From assembly GCA_045658925.1 (NCBI GenBank), contig JAZOVV010000051.1:734-64733 (forward strand): a DNA stretch of 64,000 nucleotides. Direction: 5' to 3'. Made by a program: the position numbers and the translations under genes. This DNA is from Eubacteriales bacterium (GTDB lineage: Bacteria > Bacillota > Clostridia > Oscillospirales > CAG-272). Every line of letters starts with the position of its first letter. Positions within the stretch are counted from its first letter, which is position 1. Positions 1-7,242 of the stretch are shown in pieces. Under the pieces are notes generated by a model. The model was not told the origin of the DNA, did not search any database, and saw nothing but the letters and a program-made list of their open reading frames with translations.

Positions 1-1
1 G

Positions 2-364
2 CCAAAGGTCAAGGATGCAAAGCTCAAGAACGACCTAACCGTTCAGCTCAGCGTTTACGAAGCATACGCTTCCCGCGCGGCAAAGCTTCTTGCCGATGAG
101 GGGGCGAAGCCCGAGGAAGAAGGTACCGTTACCAAATTGGCATCCAAGTGGGGAACAATGATGAATACGATGATCGACTCTACCTCTACCCACATTGCCG
201 AAATGATAGTTGAGGGAGCTACAATGGGTGTGAACGATATGCTCAAGCAAATCCGCGAGAGCGAGAACACATCCGCTTCCGAGAGTGCTATGCGCCTCGC
301 TCGCGACGTTTGCGCTTATGAGGAGAAGACCATTGAGGAAATGAAGGAATACCTGAGAGGGTAA
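2..364 (+). CDS. hypothetical protein, C-terminal fragment (5' end outside window)
   Basis: Frame 2 is open from the window edge to TAA at 362-364. A stem-loop plus T-run follows at 371-400. No family recognised. Confidence 0.5.
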   Translation, partial: PKVKDAKLKNDLTVQLSVYEAYASRAAKLLADEGAKPEEEGTVTKLASKWGTMMNTMIDSTSTHIAEMIVEGATMGVNDMLKQIRESENTSASESAMRLARDVCAYEEKTIEEMKEYLRG

Positions 365-370
365 GAAAAA

Positions 371-400
371 GAAGGACAGAAAATTCTGTCCTTCTTTTTC
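371..400 (+). terminator. intrinsic terminator
   Basis: GAAGGACAG (371-379) pairs with CTGTCCTTC (386-394), followed by TTTTT. Confidence 0.7.
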
Positions 401-404
401 AGTT

Positions 405-604
405 AAAAGTTATGAGGCGAATAAAATTCACCGTTATGAGTTGCGCGAGGCGCAACGTGATGAATTTGCTGCGCAAACATTATGATATGATTGCCGTATT
501 CATTACAACTTGGGCAGTGCCCAATCATCACGATGCGAAGCATCTCATCACTTCTAACTTGCTCGAAGGGCAATCATAACTGCGTTGCGCCTGTGGAGCA
601 ACGC
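405..604. other. GC-rich nested-hairpin spacer at a convergent gene junction
   Basis: Hairpins at 440-446/450-456, 510-516/519-524, 532-536/540-544 and 582-588/598-604. A 10-bp long-range stem joins 486-495 to 569-578. Confidence 0.5.
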
Positions 605-2398
605 TCAACCGCCCCAAAAGGGCTCATATCTGCTAAAATCGGAGTTTGCTGTGCGATAGACGCGGAATCGGTGGTAGTATTCGCCCTCGCCAACGTCCAT
701 ATCTGCAAGCTCGTCCTTGTGACCAAGTCTACCTGCCGCAACCCACATAGCGCGCGGTTCTGCGCGACAACAAGTGTCCCAAAGGGCAATGCGTTCGGCG
801 CCGCAGTTGTAAAGATCAAGCGCGCGGCGCTTAAATTCCTCATTCGGCAATTGACGTGGCATAATTTCAATATAAACCTTTACGCCATATTGCTTCTCAA
901 GTGCCATCCATTCGGCAACGTGTTCTTTCTGTCCGTCGGGACCGCAAAGCTCGCCACGGGAATTTTTGATGGGCGGCAACAGTTCGCAATCTCCCGGATG
1001 GATCGTTGCACCACCTTTGGTGCGCACAAATTTGGTGTATTTTTCAAGGTCAATGCGTGTGTGTGCCTCGTCCTTCCAAACCTCATCGGGGAGCATTTCG
1101 TGGAAGCGTACGGGGTAGGAAATAACGGCATCAATCAAGCCTTCTCTTGCCCATTGTTCTACATCAAGACCAACGTATTTGGTATCATAGGGAGAGTAGA
1201 GCGTGCGGACGTGCAGACCGATTTTGCCCTTGCCGAATTCGGCATCCAGAGCGGTGCGAATTTCGCGCATAAGACCTGTCATAATTTCACAGTGCAGTGC
1301 GTTGAGGCGAGGATCATCAAGCGGCAGTTCGTAAGGATATTCTCCGTACAACTCGAAGAAACGGTCTGCCACAGGCTTTTCATAAAGCACGTAAGGGATG
1401 CCGCGGTGCCAAATGAGCGTGACTGCATCACAACCCGAGCGTGCCATATGCAAAAGCTCGTTAACCATAAATTGTCGCACTTCGGGGTAGGCGTAGGACA
1501 TTGCCGAGATCTCGTCTCCGTTACGGTCATAGGTGCGCCATTCTGGATGTTCTTGCATAAAATCGCAATCAAAATAGTATTGGTCAAAGGGATAGGTAAG
1601 TCCCCATGCACCCATACGAATAGAGACGCTCATCTTGAGTCCTTGACGGTGACCTTGATCAACCACTGTTTTGAGAACCTCATCGTAATCAAAAAGAGGG
1701 TACTGCTCTTGTACGTTGCGGTCACCTGCACGAGGGAAACAGAAATTTGCCGTGTCATTGGTTGGTAAGCGGCAGGAGACAAAATTGCGAATTTGCTCAA
1801 TCGAAAGCCACTCCACGTCAGAGTGCATATAATTGAATGCGACGGAGCGCCAATCGTCCAGCGTGCGCGGATGTGTAAAATACAGGCGATTATGCATATC
1901 GTCGGTAGCATAAATGCGTTTCGTATCGGTGCGCGCTTCCTCGCGAAGATATTCCGCGAGTTCATCCTCGCTCATAGGAACAAATCGGATAGCCGAAATC
2001 AAAGAGTGATAGTTGGAAGCATCAAGCTTGCGCGTCAGCGTCAGCGATTCGCCTGTCATATCGGCGCAACGCCACAAAAATTCTTCCATTAAATAACCTG
2101 CCTGTGTGGTGGCACACGCTACCCAAAACGCAGGATCGCTTGAAAGCTTTAAATGCAAAACACTTTGCCCCGGGGCGTGCAAATAGATCTTGTACCATCC
2201 CGTCAAATTTGGCGAGAGGGTAATATCCTCAGGATGCCCACCAAGACTGCTAAGCATATTGGATGTGTATTCTGCAGTGCCGACGGGAACCACGCGCCAT
2301 TTGTCTTTTAGACTGTATGGCGAAAGGTTTTCGCGCGGTTCAAAATGTTCGTCAAGATAGGTATAGAGTATCTCGCCGTTTTCTTTTCTTTCAATCAT
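605..2398 (-). CDS. hypothetical protein, possibly a glycoside-hydrolase-like TIM-barrel enzyme (597 aa)
   Basis: GGAGA lies 7 nt upstream of the ATG at 2398. The upstream BNR gene stops 1 nt away, suggesting an operon. Composition looks natural and the central part resembles GH-like TIM barrels, but I recognise no catalytic motif. The longer start at 2449 has no RBS. Confidence 0.7.
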   Translation of the reverse strand: MIERKENGEILYTYLDEHFEPRENLSPYSLKDKWRVVPVGTAEYTSNMLSSLGGHPEDITLSPNLTGWYKIYLHAPGQSVLHLKLSSDPAFWVACATTQAGYLMEEFLWRCADMTGESLTLTRKLDASNYHSLISAIRFVPMSEDELAEYLREEARTDTKRIYATDDMHNRLYFTHPRTLDDWRSVAFNYMHSDVEWLSIEQIRNFVSCRLPTNDTANFCFPRAGDRNVQEQYPLFDYDEVLKTVVDQGHRQGLKMSVSIRMGAWGLTYPFDQYYFDCDFMQEHPEWRTYDRNGDEISAMSYAYPEVRQFMVNELLHMARSGCDAVTLIWHRGIPYVLYEKPVADRFFELYGEYPYELPLDDPRLNALHCEIMTGLMREIRTALDAEFGKGKIGLHVRTLYSPYDTKYVGLDVEQWAREGLIDAVISYPVRFHEMLPDEVWKDEAHTRIDLEKYTKFVRTKGGATIHPGDCELLPPIKNSRGELCGPDGQKEHVAEWMALEKQYGVKVYIEIMPRQLPNEEFKRRALDLYNCGAERIALWDTCCRAEPRAMWVAAGRLGHKDELADMDVGEGEYYHRFRVYRTANSDFSRYEPFWGG

Positions 2399-2399
2399 A

Positions 2400-3533
2400 T
2401 TACGTTCTCCATTTGGTAAAGAAGATAGACGTGCGGTTATCTTTTTCAAAGGGTTGATAATAAACGGTTACAAGCGAGCCGTCGGCAAGCTCGGTGGTGG
2501 CAGGGTAGCCGAGGTCACCGTTTGGGGCATCCGAAAGAATGAATTCCTCGCCAAAGGTGCGGCAGCCGTCGTAGCTGATGGATGCACGAATGCCATAGGG
2601 AGCGCGGCGGCGACCGTAACTGACGACAACCGAGCCATCCTTGCGGAGCAAAAGGTGAGGGGGAGAGCCGATGCGGCCAAACTCCCAAGCTTTGCTCCAC
2701 GTTTTGCCGCCGTCCTTTGAGGATACAAAATAGAGGCTGAATGTGCTCAATGCTTCTTTATTTTCGGCGCGGATAGCCGCAATCAGCTCACCGCTCGGCA
2801 GCTCCACAATGTGCGGCTCGCACAGCTTTTTGTATTCATCTGTTAGATAATCAAGATCGATTTTGGAGATCTTTTCCCAGGTTAACCCTTCGTCAAAGCT
2901 CTCATAAAGAAAGACGCGCTCTTGATCTTTGAGCGGAACGTTGTCGCCCTCGGCAGAGAAGGATTTATCATAGCGAGAGGGGTGCGCATTGAACTCTGTA
3001 CCCAAATAGAGGAGTCTGCCGCTGACCGTTTTGACAACGCCGTGTGGAGCGGAAATATCGGTTTGAATCGCTTTTCCCCAGCTTTTGCCGTAGTCGTGAG
3101 AGATTTTGATAAACGCGCCTGCTCTATCCATTTCGGGCGTGTAGTGCTCGTAGCCCTGTAAAAATCCGTCAACCATCGGGCGGAACTGTGGCTCGGTGTC
3201 GCGTAAGATCCAATCGCGCCAGGTCGTGCGATAAATAACGGCAGGGTGACAAAAATAGGTCAGTACCAGTTTGCCATCGCCAAGGTAGGTAAGACCTGCA
3301 TCGCGGTCATCAAGCCAAGAGTCGTTGATAATAGAAGGAGTAGACCACGTCTCACCGCCGTCGCGGCTGACAGACATCAAGTCTCTGCCAAAGGGGCAGA
3401 CGTGCGAAGAACGCGTACCCGACCACGCGGTATAGAGTACACCGTTCTCGTCCTGACAGATAGACGGCCAAGCCTGATAACGAAAAGGTCCTTCCGCTGC
3501 GCGAAAGACAAGTCCTTGCTTTAAAATTTCCAT
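2400..3533 (-). CDS. BNR/Asp-box repeat protein, sialidase (exo-alpha-sialidase)-like beta-propeller (377 aa)
   Basis: Four Asp-boxes are present: SRDGGETW, SHDYGKSW, SFDEGLTW, SKDGGKTW. A GGAGG RBS precedes the ATG at 3533. No signal peptide. Confidence 0.85.
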   Translation of the reverse strand: MEILKQGLVFRAAEGPFRYQAWPSICQDENGVLYTAWSGTRSSHVCPFGRDLMSVSRDGGETWSTPSIINDSWLDDRDAGLTYLGDGKLVLTYFCHPAVIYRTTWRDWILRDTEPQFRPMVDGFLQGYEHYTPEMDRAGAFIKISHDYGKSWGKAIQTDISAPHGVVKTVSGRLLYLGTEFNAHPSRYDKSFSAEGDNVPLKDQERVFLYESFDEGLTWEKISKIDLDYLTDEYKKLCEPHIVELPSGELIAAIRAENKEALSTFSLYFVSSKDGGKTWSKAWEFGRIGSPPHLLLRKDGSVVVSYGRRRAPYGIRASISYDGCRTFGEEFILSDAPNGDLGYPATTELADGSLVTVYYQPFEKDNRTSIFFTKWRT

Positions 3534-3640
3534 AATAACCTCCCAATATTGGTGTCGGGAGCATCCGCCCCCGCGGGATAGTTTCATTGTATCACACCCA
3601 AGCGGAGATTGCAAGGGGAAAGGGGTAATTTTTTGGGGGA

Positions 3641-3669
3641 TTGACAAAAAATAAACTGTGTGCTATAAT
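3641..3669 (+). promoter_or_regulatory. sigma-A type promoter
   Basis: TTGACA (3641-3646), 17-nt spacer, TATAAT (3664-3669) with an upstream TG. Confidence 0.6.
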
Positions 3670-3673
3670 GAGA

Positions 3674-3800
3674 TTGCGATACAAATGAATAAAATTCCAG
3701 AGATCGGTATACCTTTCTTTGGAATATTAGAAACATTTGTGTCGCAGCAAATGGAGCTACACATTTTCGTGCGTGGCTTCGGCTGCGCACTTTTTATTTT
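3674..3800 (+). promoter_or_regulatory. structured 5' leader ending in an intrinsic terminator (attenuator candidate, copy L1)
   Basis: 14-bp stem 3674-3687/3734-3747. Terminator GTGCG..CGCAC (3769-3790) plus TTTTTATTTT, directly before the RBS at 3801-3807. Confidence 0.55.
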
Positions 3801-3815
3801 GAGGAGGTTGTTATT

Positions 3816-4292
3816 ATGTATAGTAACATTGGAGGCAAAATTAAAGCATTAGCGGTTATTTGTGCTGGTTTAGAGGCTTTGGCGTGTTTTGTTGTAGGCG
3901 TGATTTTGATAACAATGGAAATGAGTGGAATAGGATTGGCATTGATGCTTGTCGGCCCCTGTTTTGCGTGGATTTCATCGTTTTTCTTGTATGGCTTTGG
4001 AGAGATTATAGACAAAGTCTGCGATATTGAAGAAAATACTCGTAACGGACAAAGTAAAACTAAAATCAAGGAGATCTCCGAAAAAGCTGAAAAAGAAGCC
4101 GCCGAAGCAGCTCGAGAAAAAGCTTTAGAGGAAAAGGCAAAACGTGGCAGGATTGAAAAAGCTTTTCAAAGTATAAGTATAGAATACGTAGATGTTATTT
4201 GTCCGTATTGTCAAGAAGAGTTATCTTTTGAAAAAGGTACAGAAGAAACTCAATGCCCATTCTGTGAAGGCGAGATAACAATTGATAGATAA
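3816..4292 (+). CDS. small membrane protein with C-terminal zinc-ribbon (158 aa)
   Basis: GAGGAGG RBS. Two hydrophobic helices, a Lys/Glu-rich coiled segment, then CPYC..x15..CPFC. Confidence 0.65.
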   Translation: MYSNIGGKIKALAVICAGLEALACFVVGVILITMEMSGIGLALMLVGPCFAWISSFFLYGFGEIIDKVCDIEENTRNGQSKTKIKEISEKAEKEAAEAAREKALEEKAKRGRIEKAFQSISIEYVDVICPYCQEELSFEKGTEETQCPFCEGEITIDR

Positions 4293-4313
4293 TTGATGGG
4301 GTGCCTGCCTATT

Positions 4314-4330
4314 TTGGTACGGGTAACAGG
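4314..4330 (-). repeat. direct copy of the tRNA-Leu 3' end (17 nt identical; similarity continues to about 4345)
   Basis: ttggtacgggtaacagg at 4314-4330 is identical to 4510-4526. The following ggtcgaacaactgcac resembles the T-arm sequence acttgaacctgcac. Confidence 0.7.
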
Positions 4331-4464
4331 GGTCGAACAACTGCACAAGCGCCTCTATTATTTAGCAAAAAGGGCATAGTCACTTCGGCGCTATGGCATT
4401 TTGTTGCGCTCTCAACGAGCGCATTTCGCAAGCGAAAACCAAAATGCAGTGCGATTCTACGAGT

Positions 4465-4482
4465 CTGTTACCCGTACCAACA
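4465..4482 (+). repeat. inverted copy of the tRNA-Leu 3' end
   Basis: ctgttacccgtaccaaca is the reverse complement of 4509-4526. Together with the terminator it forms a hairpin of about 29 bp. Confidence 0.7.
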
Positions 4483-4508
4483 GAAAAGGGGGCATTTTGC
4501 CCCCTTTT
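4481..4508 (-). terminator. intrinsic terminator of tRNA-Leu
   Basis: GGGGGC (4488-4493) pairs with GCCCCC (4499-4504). On the minus strand TTTTCTGTT follows. Confidence 0.6.
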
Positions 4509-4510
4509 GT

Positions 4511-4593
4511 TGGTACGGGTAACAGGACTTGAACCTGCACGAATGAACACAAGATCCTAAATCTTGCGCGTCTGCCAATTCCGCCATACCCGC
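4511..4593 (-). tRNA. tRNA-Leu (anticodon UAG), CCA encoded
   Basis: Reverse complement: GCGGGTA TG GCG GAATTGGCAGA CGC G CAAGA TTTAGGA TCTTG (extra arm) GCAGG TTCAAGT CCTGT TACCCGT A CCA. The cloverleaf has a 3-bp D stem and an extra arm, typical of Leu. Position 1-72 is a G-U pair. Confidence 0.85.
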
Positions 4594-4603
4594 GTACTAA
4601 AAT

Positions 4604-4632
4604 ATTATACTATATGGCTGCCCGTTTGTCAA
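4604..4632 (-). promoter_or_regulatory. sigma-A type promoter of tRNA-Leu
   Basis: On the minus strand: TTGACA (4627-4632), 17-nt spacer, TATAAT (4604-4609). The predicted start is a few nt before the tRNA 5' end. Confidence 0.6.
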
Positions 4633-4658
4633 GGTCTTTGCTCAAAATCGTTTCTGCA

Positions 4659-4833
4659 AAACAACTCTCTTAGCGAGTAGGGTCTCGGTGGTCCCTAATC
4701 GCTTGCGATAGCAAAAGCGAGCGGTGCGCTCGCGCCGACTGTCTGTCCGTGTGCAGTAGCTTGTCTCTTTAACTATTTGTGCGAAAATTCTTGAAGGGGT
4801 GTGGGGGAACTTCTTATAAGAAGTTCCCCCACA
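4659..4833 (+). repeat. structured intergenic repeat, copy A (175 nt)
   Basis: Aligns end to end with 7243-7420. Same stems (4672-4682/4693-4703; GCGAGC/GCTCGC 4717-4722/4728-4733) and a terminal 34-nt perfect palindrome at 4800-4833. Confidence 0.75.
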
Positions 4834-4845
4834 AACGCATCCTGT

Positions 4846-5430
4846 TTACTTTCTAATAATCGTTACAGCAGAGGGCAGGATGCCTGCTTGCTCGTAGACG
4901 ATGGCGTTGATTTGTGCGATCTGTGCGGCTTGCAGGTCGTCGGCTTTCACAACGATGCTGGCGGCGTCATTGTTGATAACAGCAACGCAAGCCTCAAAGC
5001 CCTTGGCGGTGATGAGAGACTCGATGTTGGCTTCCTTTTGAATTTCGTCGGCGATAACGGCAATCTCTGCGAGAGCTTCATTCTTCATCGCCTCGGTGGA
5101 GTCTACGTTCTCAACGACAGATTGCAGAACCTCAAGTGCCTCGTCGCGTGCGCGTTGGCGGCTGACTTGGGTAGCGGAGAAATAAGCGTTGACGTCGGTT
5201 GCGGTGCTGTCGCCTGCATTGTCGGAAATATTGCCGCTGGGTTGGTCATAGCCATCATAGCCGTTGTTTTGGTCTGCTCCCGAGAACAGAATAAAATTCA
5301 TCAAAACGGCGGCGCCGATCAAAAGTACCGCGCAGGCAATAATGATGTTACGCTTGCCAATCTTCTCCAAAATTATTTGAAATTTGTTGGGCTGCTGAAT
5401 CTCTGTCAGCTCGGTGCATTGTTTTTTCAT
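4846..5430 (-). CDS. spoIIIAH: stage III sporulation protein AH-like (SpoIIIAH family)
   Basis: N-terminal TM helix and a low-complexity linker. The C-terminal region (..LITAKGFEACVAVINNDAASIVVKADDLQAAQIAQINAIV..) has the pattern typical of SpoIIIAH. AGGAGG RBS. Confidence 0.8.
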   Translation of the reverse strand: MKKQCTELTEIQQPNKFQIILEKIGKRNIIIACAVLLIGAAVLMNFILFSGADQNNGYDGYDQPSGNISDNAGDSTATDVNAYFSATQVSRQRARDEALEVLQSVVENVDSTEAMKNEALAEIAVIADEIQKEANIESLITAKGFEACVAVINNDAASIVVKADDLQAAQIAQINAIVYEQAGILPSAVTIIRK

Positions 5431-5463
5431 AAGGTAAATCCTCCTCTGATTTGGTTGTGCTAT

Positions 5464-5492
5464 AACCTATGCAACCGCATTTCCAAATATGC
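5464..5492 (-). promoter_or_regulatory. possible sigma-E-like sporulation promoter
   Basis: Minus strand reads GCATATT, 14-nt spacer, CATAGGTT. This resembles the B. subtilis sigma-E pattern (..ATATT-N14-CATACA.T) as I recall it. Confidence 0.3.
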
Positions 5493-5498
5493 TTAAAT

Positions 5499-5539
5499 CG
5501 AAAAAGAAAAAGGATGAAAGCTAAAAAACTTTCATCCTT
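5499..5539 (-). terminator. intrinsic terminator after ddh
   Basis: AAGGATGAAAG (5510-5520) pairs with CTTTCATCCTT (5529-5539). On the minus strand TTTTCTTTTT follows. Confidence 0.7.
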
Positions 5540-5552
5540 ATTTATTATGCTA

Positions 5553-6539
5553 TCACAGCAGTCTCTTTCTAAGATCCTCGCCCGAGGCGGGGGAGAGGTA
5601 AGAGGGGGGAATATCCAAAATGGTTTTGCAACCAACCGCACCCTCATTACGCATACGGTGTACTGCGCGCGCGCAGGATACAAGAATGCTTGAGGTAAAC
5701 TCGGGGTTTGAGTCAAGCTTGAGACTGTATTCAATAATGTTGGTGTGCTCTTTGTCTTTGCCCGTTTTGCCTGCGTGAATGACAAATCCACCGTGGGGAA
5801 TGCCACTGTGGTCACGCTTCATCTCTTCGGCGGTGATGAAGTGAACGACAGTGTCATAATCTGCAAAATAGTTTGGCATAGTGACGATTTCATTCTCAAT
5901 GCGAGAGAGGTTTGCGCCCTCTTTAGCAACTACAAAGCATTCGCGCAAGTGCTTCTCGCGCGTGGAAAGTTCGGGGTTAGAGCCGCTTCTGACCGCGTTC
6001 AGTGCATCATCCTTCGGGATGGTGTACTGCTTGGCATCGGCAACGCCTTCAATGCGACGAATGGCATCGGAGTGACCTTGGCTCACACCCTTGCCCCAAA
6101 ACGTGTATCCCTTGCCATCGGGCAAAATTGCCTCTGCATACAGACGGTTGATAGAGAACATACCGGGGTCCCAACCGCAAGAGATAACGGCAAGATTGCC
6201 GCCCTCGCGAGCGGATGCATCAACGTTTTCAAAATGCTCGGGTATTTTTGCGTGTGTGTCAAAGCTATCGACAACCGAGAAGAGCTTGGCAACCTCGGGC
6301 GTTTGATGGGGAAGGTCGGTGGCACTTCCACCACACAAGATCATCACGTCAATCTTGCCAACCATATTTTGAATATCGTCAATATGATAAACGGTAGCTG
6401 TTTGAGAAAGAATTTTAACGGTTTCGGGTGGGCGGCGCGTAAAAACGGCAACCAACTCCATATCGGGGTTTTGTGCAATGGCACACTCCACACCGCGACC
6501 GAGATTTCCATATCCAACAATTCCTATACGAATGCTCAT
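5553..6539 (-). CDS. ddh: meso-diaminopimelate D-dehydrogenase
   Basis: 328 aa. N-terminal Rossmann motif IGIVGYGNLGRG. Overall length and sequence pattern fit Ddh. AGGAGG RBS. Confidence 0.9.
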   Translation of the reverse strand: MSIRIGIVGYGNLGRGVECAIAQNPDMELVAVFTRRPPETVKILSQTATVYHIDDIQNMVGKIDVMILCGGSATDLPHQTPEVAKLFSVVDSFDTHAKIPEHFENVDASAREGGNLAVISCGWDPGMFSINRLYAEAILPDGKGYTFWGKGVSQGHSDAIRRIEGVADAKQYTIPKDDALNAVRSGSNPELSTREKHLRECFVVAKEGANLSRIENEIVTMPNYFADYDTVVHFITAEEMKRDHSGIPHGGFVIHAGKTGKDKEHTNIIEYSLKLDSNPEFTSSILVSCARAVHRMRNEGAVGCKTILDIPPSYLSPASGEDLRKRLL

Positions 6540-6577
6540 AAATAGACCTCCTTTGGGTCTTGGATTTTCTACGCATT

Positions 6578-6606
6578 ATTGTAACACAAAAGAGGGCGGA
6601 TGTCAA
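6578..6606 (-). promoter_or_regulatory. sigma-A type promoter of ddh
   Basis: Minus strand: TTGACA (6601-6606), 17-nt spacer, TACAAT (6578-6583). Confidence 0.5.
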
Positions 6607-6615
6607 GAATTTTTG

Positions 6616-6644
6616 TTGACATCTCTTTTTATTTGTGATAAAAT
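6616..6644 (+). promoter_or_regulatory. sigma-A type promoter (divergent from ddh)
   Basis: TTGACA (6616-6621), 17-nt spacer, TAAAAT (6639-6644). Confidence 0.4.
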
Positions 6645-6669
6645 AAAAAAGGAAAGGGCGGTGACTTTT

Positions 6670-7191
6670 ATGGAAAAACAAACAAAGAACATCATTACGC
6701 GCGAAGCGATTGAAAAAAAGCTCCGTGCCGACAATGTAGCAGGGCTGAAGCATACAGGCATTACATTTTTTGTATCGGCTCTTGTCGGAATTGTGTGGTT
6801 TTCGTTTTCTGTCCCATCCCTTTTTAAAGCGCCAAATTTTGGTTTGGGGATTCTTTTCTTTTTGTTTTCCATTATTGGTACAGTGCCTGCTTTTGTTATG
6901 TTGGCAGGCTTTTTGAAAAATTTCAAAGAATATCGGCACCTGAAAAACGGAGACGTTGAAATCGTTACTCGCCCGCTCCTCTACGAAACAGAAGAGACGT
7001 GTTATACAAGAAAAACAAGAATGGAATATACGAAACACAAATTTCATTTTGAAGGATTTGATGCATTTTTAGCAAGCCCCGAACAGAGCAAAGCGTTTAC
7101 TCGGGATGACGAGTTTTACATCGTTTATTACAAGGGCAGCAAGAAGATTAGATTGATGTACTCGCTAAAGTTTTACGAGTATAAAGAATAA
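6670..7191 (+). CDS. hypothetical membrane protein (173 aa)
   Basis: ATG at 6670 is preceded by AAAGGAAAGGG. Two TM helices. The ORF upstream of 6670 is antisense to ddh and is not used. Confidence 0.6.
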   Translation: MEKQTKNIITREAIEKKLRADNVAGLKHTGITFFVSALVGIVWFSFSVPSLFKAPNFGLGILFFLFSIIGTVPAFVMLAGFLKNFKEYRHLKNGDVEIVTRPLLYETEETCYTRKTRMEYTKHKFHFEGFDAFLASPEQSKAFTRDDEFYIVYYKGSKKIRLMYSLKFYEYKE

Positions 7192-7210
7192 TACGAATAG
7201 CAAAATAAAG

Positions 7211-7241
7211 ACGGGCGACCAATGGTCGCCCGTTTTGGTTT
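7211..7241 (+). terminator. intrinsic terminator
   Basis: ACGGGCGACC (7211-7220) pairs with GGTCGCCCGT (7224-7233), followed by TTTGGTTTT. Confidence 0.7.
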
Positions 7242-7242
7242 T

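Noticed and set aside
491-1768. 425-aa plus-strand ORF
   Set aside because: It is antisense to the 605-2398 gene. It is Cys/His-rich with unnatural composition and has no RBS. The minus-strand frame has an RBS and operon coupling.
3694-3707. ATTCCAGAGATCGG in leader L1 resembles the PyrR-binding loop (..UCCAGAGAGG..)
   Set aside because: Only 8 nt match, the GAGG core is disrupted, and the downstream gene is unrelated to pyrimidine metabolism.
4301-4522. 73-aa ORF across the tRNA-fragment region
   Set aside because: It runs through repeat and terminator sequence and into the tRNA gene. It has no RBS. The region is better explained as tRNA-derived repeats.
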